From Podarcis filfolensis (taxonomy: Eukaryota): a stretch of 64,000 bases of DNA. The stretch's first letter is position 1; each line of letters opens with the position of its first letter. The DNA lies in NCBI GenBank assembly GCA_964270895.1, contig OZ185453.1, one strand, 5' to 3'. A program made the translations under genes and the position numbers. Positions 38,446 through 50,864 of this stretch are shown one piece after another. A model generated the notes under the pieces. It ran no database searches. It was given only the letters and a program-made list of their open reading frames with translations, and was not told where the DNA came from.

Positions 38446-38760
38446 CAGTGGTGCCCCGCAAGATGAATGCCTCGCAAAACGAAAAACGCGCAAGACGAAA
38501 GGGTTTTTCGGTTTTTGCGTCGCTTCGCAAGACGATTTTCCCTACGGGCTTGCTTCGCAAGATGAAACGTCTTGCGAGTTCTTGCGAGTTTGTTTCCTTT
38601 TTCTTAAAGCCGCTAAGCCGTTAATAGCCGCTAAGCCGTTAATAGCCGCTAAGCCGCTAATAGCCGCTAAGCTGCTAATAGCCGTGCTTCGCAAGACGAA
38701 AAAACCACAAGACGAAGAGACTCGCGGAACGGATTAATTTCGTCTTGCGAGGCACCACTG
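38446..38760. mobile_element. Tc1/mariner (Tigger/pogo-like) MITE, 315 bp, with internal 18-bp tandem array
   Basis: TA-flanked TIRs CAGTGGTGCC / GGCACCACTG. GCCGCTAAGCCGTTAATA x4 at 38609-38680. Confidence 0.85.
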
Positions 38761-39294
38761 TACTATTTTTCACTGCCTGCAAACCAATTCTATTTACGTA
38801 TCACAGAAGCAGGGTAAGAGACCCTTACGCTCATCTTTGCTATCAGGTGACCCTATGATGCAACTTAAAAGGTGGGGTAGCCATCTCATATACAAGGGCA
38901 GCCTTGGTATCAGGAGTCCAGATTTAACCAAATAGATGCCCTAGTGGGAGGCAGCACAATGAGTCCCACTGCTGCAATGGGGCTTCCCCCATCTTCTGCT
39001 TCCCCTGTACACCCCACCACACATAGTTCAGAAGCAGGTCAGAAGAACCCCCAAGAACAGCACATGGGGAGAAGAGAGGGGAAATTGCTCTGTCTGGCAA
39101 GCAGAAATGTTTGCACCAATGGAACAATCGTATTAGAGCAACAGTGAATTTCACCCAGAGAATATCTAAGCCTAGACTAATAGGATGCAATCAATTAGCA
39201 ATATCTGCTCAACCAGCTAACAAATATCACAATCCAGAAGCCATTTATAGGCAAAAAGTGTACTATTAATATAGCCAGGGTGTATGCCGTGTTA

Positions 39295-39950
39295 GGGGAG
39301 GGGAAGTACCTCTGGTGGGGGACACGTCGTGCTCCTTCTGGGGTAGTTTGTCCACCACCGGTCCCCACCCTACACTCAGGTCTCCTAGAAGCTGCTAGAA
39401 GCTTTGAGCATGCAACAGTGGCCAAACCTCAGGAAATGGCTGTGACTTGCTAACTAAACCAGGTGAGGGTAGTCTATGGGTCTCAGACCCTTGGTGAGTC
39501 AGGGACTTCCCCCGCATGCAAAGGCAGTCTCTGGTGGATTGAATGGACAAGACCAATAGCAGGTCCAACGGTCAAGTACGTGCTGCAAAAGGTAACAGAT
39601 GGGACTAGTCAAACATGGGAAAGTAGCCCATCTGATACGAAACCTTCGCTGTCTTGTGGGATATCTTCGGGAGAAGAAAAGGGTTAAGGAGTAATCCCCA
39701 CGCAAATGCGGTGTGAAGTCCCTAAGACAGTTGGATGTCTCCTTCCAGCATCTCCTTCCAGCAGCTAAGCTGGTGCCAAACGTATTGCTCTGGTTTCCTT
39801 TGGACCACATCAGCAAGGCAAAGGGGGGATGTTGTCTGGGCATCCCAGGACCTCCATACACATTGCTCAGGCTTGCGCTCCAGGGAAGTCACTTCGCTTC
39901 CGGAGGAGCACTCCAAGGTCTCTCGAGACAGATGGATGCCAAAAACAATC
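39295..39950 (+). mobile_element. Internally deleted (bipartite) non-autonomous RTE-clade retroelement
   Basis: The 5' part resembles RTE 5' UTRs as I recall them (gcagccaagctggtgccaaacgtattgctct...ggaccacatcag). The end encodes HSKVSRDRWMP (39909-39941), like the RTE ORF C-terminus, followed by an (A/C)AA-rich tail. No RT is present. Family assignment is from memory. Confidence 0.55.
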
Positions 39951-42041
39951 AATACGGCCACACACACAACTACACAGGCATTGTGATTACTGTTAAGAGG
40001 AACTATGTTTACAACTGTATACAATGCTGGTGTTTATTTGCATTGCTGTGTATGAGCTATGGGGAAATATACAGTATGCTTCCCACCCCCAGAATGTTCA
40101 GGGTTGGTATTAACTCACTGTTAGCACCCAACACGTCACTGAAATGTCACAAAAACTTATCAGATTTTTCTCAGGATGGATAAACCTGGTTTAATTTGTG
40201 GGGGGTGGATATGGGCTGTCCTTCTCATGCCAGCAACGTTGTGTGTACATTGCAAGCAATGTCCATGCATAAGGCACATGCACACCACACAATAAGCAGT
40301 CATCTGGAAGCATCTCCAGACACTAGACATGGCAAGCCCAGTTCTTTAGGAATCCAAAATTCGCAAACACCACCCCCACCACCCCTGTAAAGGCTGAGCA
40401 ATCGCTCAAACAAGTTCACACCTCAGTGAAACAGGAAGCCTTCCAGCTGAAAGGAAAGACAGAGATCAGATATGGCATTCTTGACATGCTTAAAACTCAA
40501 AAAAAGTTGGCAACAAACACCCATTCCCCCCCCCCCTGAGTTTCTCTCTGCTGAGTACGAAGCCAGCAAGAAGGCATGAACTACTTTGACTCGTGGACTG
40601 TCCTTAAAATGAGCTCTGAAAGAATGTTGTTTCCAAAACAGTAAATCTGCCTCTCTCTCAATCTACATTAGCATATTAAAAGTAACACTTGTGCAGTCGA
40701 TAAACAGCCCCCAGTGGCTTCACAGCGTCTTAACCCTCAGCACCCTGGCTGAATGATCATTTCTATAAATCACAGGCAGGCTATGAAAAATTTGTCCTTG
40801 CTACCTCATCGGGACGTGGAATTACTTTTCCTTTCCGGAAAAGTTATTCTGAGCCTGAGCACACATAATGCTCCCCATCAGGAGGGGGCTAGAAGAGGAC
40901 TGCATGGCCCCGCCAGGCCCTTTCTTCTGGCTCCTCCCTTCTAGAATTAATCTAGTGTTTTCCTGTAGCCATTAACTGCACAGTAACTCAGTGAGGCATT
41001 AGCTACAGGGTTAACCAGGGTTGCCTCTAAAAGCATTTCTGAAGCCAGTCAAGCCCTGATTGAGATTCACACCTTTACAACAGAGATTCCAGAACTTAAA
41101 CCAAGGACCTCTTGGCCCCTAGCATACCTATGGCATGACCCCCCTTTTTTTTCTATCTCTCTGGGGACAGACAAGCAATCTGCGGAAGTCTGAGAATCAA
41201 ATCCAGGAATATTAAAGACTCAAGTATCATTGGGTTCTGAACTGATTTGATAACTGAAAATACAAGCTTTCCAAGTGTTGCAGGATACCAGCTGGAGGAG
41301 TGGTTTTAGACTATGTTCCGGCAATCGTGCTATTACCACACCATCCCGGGGCCACAGCCAAATGCCAGCTTGGGAACCGTGGCTCTATGAAATCAGTGTG
41401 TTGGGTAGGGCAAATGAATGGAATTTTAAAGTAACTCTTTAATGGTAACATACATGAGATGCATTTAACCCAAATCAGCAACACAGGATTCATTTTCAAA
41501 TATCTGCACCTTCCATATTCTTATTTTTACCTTTTTCAGTCTGATATATCCCTCCACCCCATCCTGGGCTTATAAATTATCTCCTCTCCATTGCATCCTT
41601 TTTTCCTTCTCCTTTTGTTCAGTCACCAAAAGATGGTCATAGAACCGCCAGTGCAATCTTCCCTAAGTTATGGCTTGATCTGCACCAACGAGTTAGATCA
41701 TATTGCTTGGAAACTACCACTTCCCATGTCAATGATTCCTTTCCCTTGCAGGCATCCGATGTGCCACAAACCACTAACATGGATAGTGGAGCATGTTAGG
41801 AAAAACTGTTTGTGCACCAGCAACTTTTGTGACATTTTGGAGGAGTTGTCACAATATTCACAGCCTCTTTTGAGGGCAGCCTGCAAAGGCATTATCTTAC
41901 TATACCAGATGCACCAAAATGACCTGCTGCCCAGACAGAGGCAAGATCAAATGAGCCTCTGCAGGCTGCCTCTGTATGTTAGCAATAGCTCCAATTTGGC
42001 TGAAAAGCGCCCGCAGGTGATCCGCCCCGCCCGTTGCTCAC

Positions 42042-42738
42042 CTTTGCAGATTTTCTCGTCGTCCGCCGGCTCGTAGCCAGCCCGGCAGGCACATCTGCCA
42101 ATAGCCACCATCCACTCGCCTTCGCCGTTACAGTGCAGCCTCACCCCGGAGGAGCCTGTCACGCTGGCTTCCTCTGCGTCAGCCACACAAGTCCCTGGCG
42201 CCTCCACCAGCGAAGTCCTTTCGCCTCCAGCAAATGTCTCCGGGAAAGAGGCAAAGCCCTTCACCACCGCCGGGCACTTGTAAAAGAAAACCTGAACAGC
42301 CACCAGGGACATGCACGCCCCGGAGTCCTGGAAAGCCAAGTAGAAACCCCTCTTGGCGAGCGGGCCAAAGCTGCGCACTTTCACATTCATCTTTACCACC
42401 TCCCCGGTGCTGTCCACCTGCGAGAAGCTCTCGTCGGCTGCAATTGTATCCACCTTGGTCCACGGCCCCTCGCGCCACTCAGGGTACTCCAGGGTGGCCA
42501 CGTCTGCCTCCGATTCATGGTAGTAAAGGGTGAAGGTTTCCTTGCAGGATGAGGCCACAGTCCTCATGCTGGCGCAGTCCCGTACTGAAAAGCGGAGGCG
42601 GATGTGGACCCTGTGGGCTCCGCGCCGCTCTATGTAGTGAGTTCGCAGCCAGTTGTTCTGTCCTGGCTCAGCCACGTTGCACACCTCAAAGGTCCGGATC
42701 TGGTCCTTCCTGTCATACAAGACACTCACCTCGTCCCA
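42042..42738 (-). CDS. EPHB6: EphB5/EPHB6-type receptor, coding exon 3 (697 bp; ephrin ligand-binding domain and start of Cys-rich domain)
   Basis: ORF 41947-42729 has Eph LBD motifs (RTFEVCNV, NNWLRT, SCKETFTLYY, KVDTIAADESF, GFYLAFQD.GACMSLVAV, LHCNGEGEW). Acceptor tacag|TGG at 42739-42740, donor G|GTGAG at 42041. FPETFAGGERTSLVE and SSGVRLHCNGEGEW match chicken EphB5 (Cek9) as recalled. The gene symbol is inferred from recalled orthology. Confidence 0.95.
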
Positions 42739-43142
42739 CTGTACGGAGTTGGGGAGCGGGAGTAAGGAAGAAGAGATAAACAGAAGTTGTTTTCAGCTTT
42801 CCTGTAACTGGCAATAGCCTTCTCCTAGTCTTGACAACACTCACATGGACTGGAGAGGGGCGCAAGGCTTAGCCAGTGTGCACAAAAGGGGGTTTGGCCT
42901 AAGCTATAGATCAGTCGTGTCTGGGGGCTTCCCAAGCTCAAGGGTTGCAAAGTCCCCTCTCTCCCAATGCTTGGGAGGTCCCCTGAATGGTGGCCTAGCT
43001 AAGAGACTGCAAATATATAGGACTTGGAGGGGTGGGGGTTGCACTACTCCTCTGCCTGTGATTATTTTCTCTATGAAAACTTCTCTATTCCACCATTCAT
43101 CAAAAGGTGACTCCAGGGCTGTTTAGTATCCAGAACTCAGAT

Positions 43143-43298
43143 GAATAGTAGAATCATAGATCTGCAGAGTTATAAGTCACCTTGAGGATCATCTCATCCA
43201 ACCCCCTGCCTATGCCATGACTATGCCACTGTCCCATATGGGGATCAAACCTGCAACCTTGGTGTTAGCAGCACCACACTCTAAGCAACTGAGCTATC
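43143..43298 (-). mobile_element. tRNA-derived SINE with CR1-type tail
   Basis: Reverse complement reads ggatagctcagttgcttagag...ggtttgatcccc (A/B boxes) then ggttggatgagatgatcc...tctatgattcta. Confidence 0.7.
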
Positions 43299-44439
43299 CT
43301 GGCCTTAGGTTTTCAAGGGAAAATGTCTCCCAAGTTGAACGTGCAAATTTTGACCTCAAAATTCAAGTCATTTGAGATTCTATCCATTTTCACTTAAGGT
43401 GATTTATAAAACATAGAGTGAATATGTTGTGTTGAACTCAGAACACAGAGGTCTGGATTCAAATACAGCTCCTTTTGATGGCCAAGGACAAGCCATTCTG
43501 CTGTGTTGTGAAACTAGAATGGGGCAACCCCTGGAACGCCATTCTGACTTCCTAGGAGAAGAAGCACAAAGCAAGCTGATAACCTCCAAGCTCACCAGGA
43601 CTCATCTCCCAGCAGCCAAGGGATGTGGTGGCGGAAGCTTTGACGTTGGCGCTCGCCCTCCCCAGACCTTGGCAATCCATGGCTGAAAGTTCCAGAGGAA
43701 AAGACACATGGGGGAGGAGCATTGGAAGGGGTCCCGTAGCAGCTTAAGAGCCTTCTAATATATTGTGACAAGAGGTTTTCTAGGCTGAAGTCCATTTCGT
43801 CAGATTGTATCTAGCTGGAAGGAATGCATCTATCGGGAACTTGCCAACTGCTTCCGAGATGCGTTAGGATAAAGGAAACCAGGATTTCAAAAGAACATTC
43901 AGTCAAATTGAACTAGAACTTTTCTTGGGGGGGGGGGATAACCATCTAGTCTGCATTTCAAAATCTGGTTCAGGCCTGCATTCCAATGCAGTAGTTCTGA
44001 AATGCTCCCCACCCACCCCAAATCACTTAAAGATTGCTGAAGGTCTTGGTGGACCACTTAATGATTTTTCTACCTGGGGCATCATTATCTGTAATGCGAG
44101 ATTCTAGATGTTGCGTGTTTTTAATGCGTGTTTTTGGTTGCTTCTTTTGTTTCTTAGATACTGTATTTCACTGTATTACAACCTGCATTGTTGAGGTCGG
44201 GTAGGGCAGCAGCGCATTTGGGGCTGTGCAAGTACAGCAACAGTAGCAGTGGTCTGGTGCTGCTGCTGCAACTGCACAGCCCAGAATTTGCCACCCCCTT
44301 GCACTGATAAGCAGCAATGACTCCACCATAAGGAGGACAGTGATGCAGCAACATCCCTCTGTGCTGTCTGCTCCTTTCTGTGTGTATGTGTGTGTGTGTG
44401 CTGTTTTCACAAGCAGTAGAGAATGGAGGGAGCACCTAC

Positions 44440-44504
44440 CCCATCAGGAGGATGGGCAGTCCAGCCAATCTCAGAGGTCTCTCCTGTTGTATCCAAAAGA
44501 ATCT
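44440..44504 (-). CDS. EPHB6: EphB5/EPHB6-type receptor, coding exon 2 (65 bp; [22 protein letters not shown])
   Basis: Acceptor tttggcag|AG and donor GGG|GTAGGT. The 65-bp length and the L-D-T...W motif match the conserved Eph second coding exon. Phases (1 in, 0 out) fit both neighbours. Not present in the ORF track. Confidence 0.93.
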
Positions 44505-45653
44505 CTGCCAAATGAAAGAGACAAAAGTGATGAGTTTGATAAAGATATCCGTACAGCAGCCGCTCCTATCCACCGCTATTCCTCACCACCCCCATCTCAT
44601 CTCTTGCGGGCCAATATAATTGTTAGTCTTAAGCCCTACTCGCTATCGGATACGAGATCTAGGAGGAAGGAATTGCAAATGCATTTGTCAGCTTTGCAAG
44701 TGATTTCTTGCAAGTCTTGAGGCATGATTCTCATGGTTCTCCATATCTTGGGCATGAGTCATGTGTACCCTTGTTTATCACCTATTCATGCCAGCTTTCA
44801 TGGGAGAACTTGCTCGCGAGAAGCAGCTGATGCCCTTGTGCTCACACAGGCAGAACATTTGCCTCATGTGGATGCAGGGCTTGCCAACAGATTTGCAGAA
44901 GGCAGACCAAGCAGTTGAAGACAACCACCTCTTCAAACAATTGCATGATTGGACTCAAGACCAGAGGGGGATAAGAGTCTGAAAATACAAGTTATAATTG
45001 AAGGGGGCTGCTATAAACCATGCAGCAGAACAATGTAATGAGAGCTGGCAAAGAGTTATGAGCTGGATGTCCCCCATTCAAGTCTTGACTAAGCACCCTC
45101 AACCCTGGTCTTCATTGGAAATATGAGGATAACAGCATTGACCTCACAGGGTTGCTGTGATGATTATATGAAAAGTCTGAAGACTTTTGGAAAGTGTGAT
45201 TTGAATACAAATTATTAGCAGACATGCTTTTTAGAGCAACACACAAATTCTGAGCCTGTGTGAAGGAGTCAGCTCTGCCAAAGGTCTCCAACCAGGCACC
45301 CACAGACCTGCAGAAGTCTTCCCAAGCACCCATAACAGAACAGTATACAGTATGTGCTTGGTTGCATTGAAAGTGTAGGGCCTACATCTGTTTTGTCAGT
45401 TTGCAAATGTGCCCACCAACCAAAGAAGGTTGGCAGACTCTGGGCTATGCTATCTCCATGATCAAGGGATACCAGTGGGGCAGGTTCTCTCTTATGATGC
45501 TTGGTCTTCTCCTGCTTAGCCAATTTAGTGCTAAAGTGCTGAGCCAAGGACAGGATTAGCTCTTCTGCAGACCTGGCTTTTGGAGCGCTGCGTGTTTTTG
45601 AAGCACAAAAGAACCCTGGGCAACCCTCTAGGCTGCAGCTCATCTCTGAAGCC

Positions 45654-45840
45654 ACATAAGAACATAAGAGGAGACCTGATGGATCAGGCCAATGGCATTT
45701 TGTTTTCTCAGGTGCCAACCAGATGCCCCCAATAGGAAGCCCTCAAGCAGGATTCCAGCACAATAGGAACTCTCCCCTCTAGGTTGCAGCTCATCTCTTA
45801 AGCCAACACATATCCCTTGCACTGAAGTAGGGAGATGCAG
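45654..45840 (-). mobile_element. CR1 3' end of a second family ((TTCTTATG)n tail)
   Basis: acataagaacataagag...tggatcaggccaatggc...ccagatgcc. Related relics at about 10150-10255, 25210-25410 and 55525-55765 (+). Confidence 0.6.
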
Positions 45841-46439
45841 CCTAAAGGACACATTTTGGTGCACAGATGATTTTTGATTTAAGTTAGTCCATGTGTTTAC
45901 TCTCTGCGCAACCAAGTTTGCTTCATCCAAACTGAATAATTATTTGAGCCAAGCAACCAAGTTTTTGGACCCACTCTGCTCTTCTGTTTGCAATTTTTTT
46001 CACTTATTTGAATATTTTATTTTTATATTGTAACTTGCCCTGACACCTTATGGTAAAAGGAGGGTAATAAAATTAATAATAATAATAATGCAGTCATGCA
46101 AATTATTTTTAAATATGAGGGGAGATTTATAGAGAGGGAAAGTGGGAAACAGGGAAAAAATTGGCAGCCTGCATTCTGTGCTGCTGGCAAGCAGGCTACT
46201 CCCCAGATGGTCTGTCTCCGATGACCCTGGTAATTTTTTTTCAGAGCGTGAATATTTCATAGGCTAGCAAATATGCCTGGCCTGCAGCTGACAGGGCTTT
46301 TCCTCTAATAGGGAACATTTAATCCTACAAATGCTCCCTCCCTATTAGAGAAGGGCTAGCTATGGGAGGCTAGCGGGAGAGGCAGGGCTTCTGCAGTGTC
46401 TCTCAGGTCAGCATAACTAGACATCATTTCATTAGAAGC

Positions 46440-46755
46440 CCCATCAATACCATAGACTTAAAGCAGTATCATATCACTTTAAGAAGTCATGGCTAAAGAA
46501 TCTTGGAAACCTAAAGAATCTTGGAAACCGTAGTTTGTTAAGGGAGCTAAGAGACCCCTATTCACTCAGAGAGCTACAATTCTCAAGAGTGGTTTAACCG
46601 TCAATCCCTCTTCCCAGGGAACTCTGGGAATTGCAGCTCTGTGAGGGGAACAGGGGTCTCCACAACTTTCAGCACCCTCAACAAACTACAAGTCCCAGGA
46701 TTTTTTAAATGACTGTTTAAAGTGGCATGCTTTAAATTTGTAGTGTAGATGAGTT
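46440..46755. mobile_element. Palindromic MITE-like element (..gtagtgtagatg terminus)
   Basis: Internal inverted symmetry (gtagtttgttaaggg / ccctcaacaaactac; gagaccccta / aggggtctc). Confidence 0.55.
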
Positions 46756-46873
46756 CAGGAGTGAGGGATCAAGGCCAAAGGATTTTCTGCTTGGTTTCAT
46801 GACAGCTTTTGCTATTGGTCCCCTTCCTATGACCCACTGGGCGCCACCCTTTCCCATCAGGCATGGCCAGACT

Positions 46874-47255
46874 CTGTGGCTATGTAGTCTAAACCACCGA
46901 GCCTCTTGGGCTTGCTGATCAGAAGGTCAGCGGTTCAAATTCCCACGATGGAGTGAGCTCCCGTTGCTCTATCCCAGTTTCTGCCAACCTAGCAGTTCAA
47001 AAGCACACCAGAGCAAGTAGATAAATAGGTACTGCGGTGGTGGGAAGGTAAATGGTGTTTCTGTGCACTCTGGTTTCCGTCACAGTGTTCTGTTGCGCCA
47101 GAAGCGGTTTAGTCATGCTGGCCACATGATCCGGAAAGCTGTCTGTGGACAAACGCCGGCTCCCTCAGCATGAAAGTGAGATGGGAACCACAACCCTATA
47201 GTCGCCTTTGACTGAACTTGACCATCCAGGGATCCTTTACCTTTGCCTCACCCAC
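46874..47255 (+). mobile_element. Sauria SINE, near full length
   Basis: tRNA-like head with B-box-like ggttcaaattcc, body gtagataaataggtac...gtcatgctggccacatga, tail cctttaccttt. 16-bp TSD CAGGCATGGCCAGACT at 46858-46873 and 47256-47271. Confidence 0.9.
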
Positions 47256-47679
47256 CAGGCATGGCCAGACTTTGTCCCCTTACTCACTAAGTGCAACTCG
47301 TTACCTCCACTAGCTGCCAAAAGGCCCCACACCTCTTGTGTCTGCCCTTTATACCAAAATATCCTCCTTCTAACATCTCAAGATCTGAGATGCTGAAGAC
47401 CTTAACTCAGTCATGCATGGTGATCCTAAATGGACCCTCCTTTTTTGCACAGTCTATGCGGGACAGCAAAAACAGCAGCTTGGGGGTGGTTGCCAAATAA
47501 ACGTCAGGCCATAATATGTGACTGGTACCCTGCATTCAAGCTTCCTGGGTCAGGTGGTGCAGGTTTCCATTACCAATACATTGTCTCTCTTATGAGATTT
47601 GTTCTTGTGGATTTCACTGACATGGGCAATGGATGAATCTTCTTAGTAGAACTGAAATATCAATACCTGAATTAATAAA

Positions 47680-48560
47680 AATAATAGTTTTGATAGAATT
47701 TCAAAGTATACAATTAATTGGTCATAATCTAAATCAATGCCAGCGGGCATTTTGTAGATAATCTACTTTGTATACTACTTGCTGCTTTTGTTGGTGCCCA
47801 GAGGTCATAACATATCTAGGCATTTGGGTACCAAGATATATTTCTCAAATGAGTACAATGAATTTGAAAAGGTTGATAAAGGGGATCTTCAGTGATTTGG
47901 GAAGATGAGCACTACTTAGATTTAGTATTGGGGTTATGGTTAATACACTTGTAAGATGAATGTTCTGCCACAGATAATATACAGAGTTTGTGATATTTCA
48001 TAATGCATTTCCTGAGTGTATGTTCAAAAGATTAATGGAATAATTAGAAGGTTTATTAGGGTTAACTCTCCACCTCATTTTTCATTTAAGAGAATGCAGC
48101 TGCCAATATCGGAAGGAGGTTTTAAAGTTTCCAGATATTGGTGTATATCATAAGGCCTACCTGTCAGCTTGTACAAATAATTGGCAACTGGTTTCTCCTT
48201 CTATGAATACCCTAGTTTGGGTGATTTGAAAGATGGCTTATTTAACACCCAAACATTGGATGGTTAAACAGGAAAGACCAATACCACCTTCAGTTTTAGC
48301 AACTAGAGAGTTATTGTGCGCATGGCTTGGAAGTCAGGAGAACAACCAGAAAAGTCTGCAGAGAAGTAGAAGGGGAGTTGTTATGTCTGGCATGCAGACA
48401 TCTTGCTGGTTACCATGAGAAGACTAGATGGGCCTCTGGGCCTCTGAGGCAGGCTCTTTTATTCTCCCTAGGCTCAACTACCACCATCTCATTAAGTCCT
48501 GGGAGCTCACAGGCACTTGGGCAGTTAGATTTTTTTATTTTCTTTTTACATTTTCTTTCA
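47680..48560 (+). mobile_element. Highly degraded L1 ORF2 fragment (post-RT region)
   Basis: Remnants INWS*SK, ITYLGIWVP, KMNVLPQIIY and LPISEGG, in the same order as the intact ORF2 (LNKQKTK, VKYLG, KMNVLPKMLF, KERGGFALPD), with stops and frameshifts. The right boundary is approximate. Confidence 0.75.
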
Positions 48561-49554
48561 AGTTTTACTCTTAAATATTTCTGTGTACCTAGGGAGTGCT
48601 TCAAGTAGGGAAAACCACTATTTTATTTATAGCAGGCCCGTTTTGCTTTCTGATTGACAGGCACTTGGCCACACAAGGGATGAAAACATGGGCTTTGCTT
48701 CCCCCTTCACATTGCTAACAGGATAGCATCCTGTTATCATTGCTGTGCTGAGCACCGCCACACTGATCTGCCGGATCTGCTTTAAATCAAACCACATTTT
48801 TACCCCTGTCACTCAAGTACGGCAAGGAACTGGGGAAATGCCTCCCCGTTCAGCCAAGCCCAGCTACTTTGGAAGGGCGAGGTCATCATTATGTCTAAGG
48901 ACTTGCTCCTGCTGTGTATTTCAGTACAATGTCTTCACGGTTTATATGGAGCGACTCCTCCACCACCACGTTCAAAGGCATTTCAAGATGAAGAGGGAGG
49001 TCAGATTGCACCACTTCAATTTACAGAAGAAAACTGTGCCGTCTTATCAGCTCGGCCAGCCAACGCACAACAGGAAAGCGTGACGTTATCTCAGCATTTT
49101 ATTCACACCATGTTTGGAGGCCGGTTGGCTACAGTTATTTAAAGCACGAATCCTGTAGCACTTTTTCAGAATAATATTGGATGCAGCATAAGCTTGTGTA
49201 GGTTAGAACTTTCTTTGGATGCAAAAAGTGGGAAGTTGGCAGTAAGCAGCATGAGACAACCGATGGGAGGCGTGTGCTCAGCAATCCTCCGTTTCAAGAG
49301 TTGACAGTAACCTGCATTAGAAGTTGCACAGAAAAGCAAGGGGTAAATCATGATAAAATACACATCATCTGTCCTTATTTTCCATCCCTGCTGAAGCTCT
49401 GATCCTATTTTGCCTTTTGAGGAAATGTTGGGGGTGCCTTTTCAAAGCGTATGAGGATGCAAAACTTGACAGGTGCTTTCTTTCAGTTTCCGTCACCTCA
49501 AAAGGTCAAAAATTTCAAGAAGCCGGGGGATGGGGGGGTTGGTTCCTGAACATG

Positions 49555-49915
49555 CCGTATGTATGGATGACACCCAGCTCTTTCCCCCTCTTCCATCTGA
49601 ATCAGGAAAGGCAGCTGAGGTGCTAGACAGGTGTTTGGAGGCAGCGATGGGCAGGATGTGGGAGAACAAAAAGCAACTGAATCCTGAAAAGACAGAGGTG
49701 TTACGTTTTCCAAGTTCTTGCATCTGTAAGCTGGAGACGGCTTGTTCTGGATGGGGTTGCACGCCTTGAAGGACAAGGTTCATAGCTTGGGGGTGCTCCT
49801 GGATCCAACATTTTCACTCGTGGCCTCGCGGGCTACGATTGCCCATTCCCAGCTATAGCTCTCCGCCAGCTGCAGCCTCTTTTAGACAGAGATGACTTCC
49901 AAAACTATTACAATG
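49555..49915 (+). mobile_element. Degraded L2 RT fragment
   Basis: Degenerate YxDDTQL-like motif (gatgacacccagctc) followed by LNPEKTEV and LGVLLD remnants. Confidence 0.75.
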
Positions 49916-50864
49916 CGTTCTACATAGGGTGCACAACTCATGACCCACCAAACAACCAAACTCTGCTTTGGGACGCTACGTGAGGGACATCAAATAAAAA
50001 GGATCAATTAAAACAGCACCCAAACTGATGGCTGGGTGTTTCTAGCAAGGAGGTTTCAGGCAAGCAACTATTAAGAGCATCTGCTCATCACTGACTCATG
50101 GAAAGCTTGCAAAGTAGATAAGTCTTCCCACCACTGCAAGAACTGCCTAAAAAGAATGCAAAAAGTAATTTGGTGGATTGACTCTTCCTGACGCCTAGAT
50201 CCTTGCAACTTTCTCCTTTCTGATTGACTTTTCTGAAGCTCCAACAAACATGATTCCTTCTTTTCACCTAGGGCTGTCCTGTGCACTTCAAGAACCAAGC
50301 AGTGAGATGTGAACTCAAAATTACGACAATTCCCTGCACTTAGGAGGGAAACTGATGTTCAGTGGCAAACAGAAGACTGGGAAGTAGGGGCTGCTGTCTT
50401 TCTCCTGCAAAACAGTGTGGGGAGCTACTTGCAGGGGAAGTGATATGGGGAAGTGGGGTTTGACCCATTCTCTCACAACCTCTCTCCTCCTGCCTTGCCT
50501 TCTGTATCTTCCTTGAAAAGTGTGCCGCCGCCACTGGAGTAGTGGTGCAAGTCTGAAAGCCTTGGTCGGTTTTACCGCTTATGTGAATTTCCTGAATTGG
50601 AGGTGGGGTGGGGGTAGTTTTCCCCAGTTTCCTCGCTGCCCTATGCAAATCTCCAAGCTTCTGTAACATGTTGTGCATCCAAATATACCAATTCCCTCCC
50701 TGCCTCAGAGCAGTGTGTGCACAAAAGGTTGTGCCTCTATCTACTGATAATTTGTTTCCATGACTGAATTTAAAATTGGATATAATTGGGCATAAGGAGG
50801 GTCAAGAATTCTTGTCTGCCATAGTAGCTGAATTACAATATGTGCACCAGAAATTCAACAAGGC

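Noticed and set aside
35448-38680. CRISPR-like or spacer-containing arrays
   Set aside because: The 38-bp and 18-bp repeats are head-to-tail without unique spacers, in a eukaryotic intron with no cas genes.
38300-38737. 145-aa ORF with AAKPLI repeats
   Set aside because: The repeats are the 18-bp array of a Tc1/mariner MITE. The frame crosses the TIR and has no protein motif or splice support.
41947-42041. Read-through of exon 3 into the intron as a secreted receptor isoform
   Set aside because: The open frame past a strong donor is short and expected by chance. I saw no nearby minus-strand AATAAA to support intronic polyadenylation.
42034-42779. Plus-strand and alternate-frame ORFs over exon 3
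   Set aside because: Shadow ORFs of a GC-rich coding exon.
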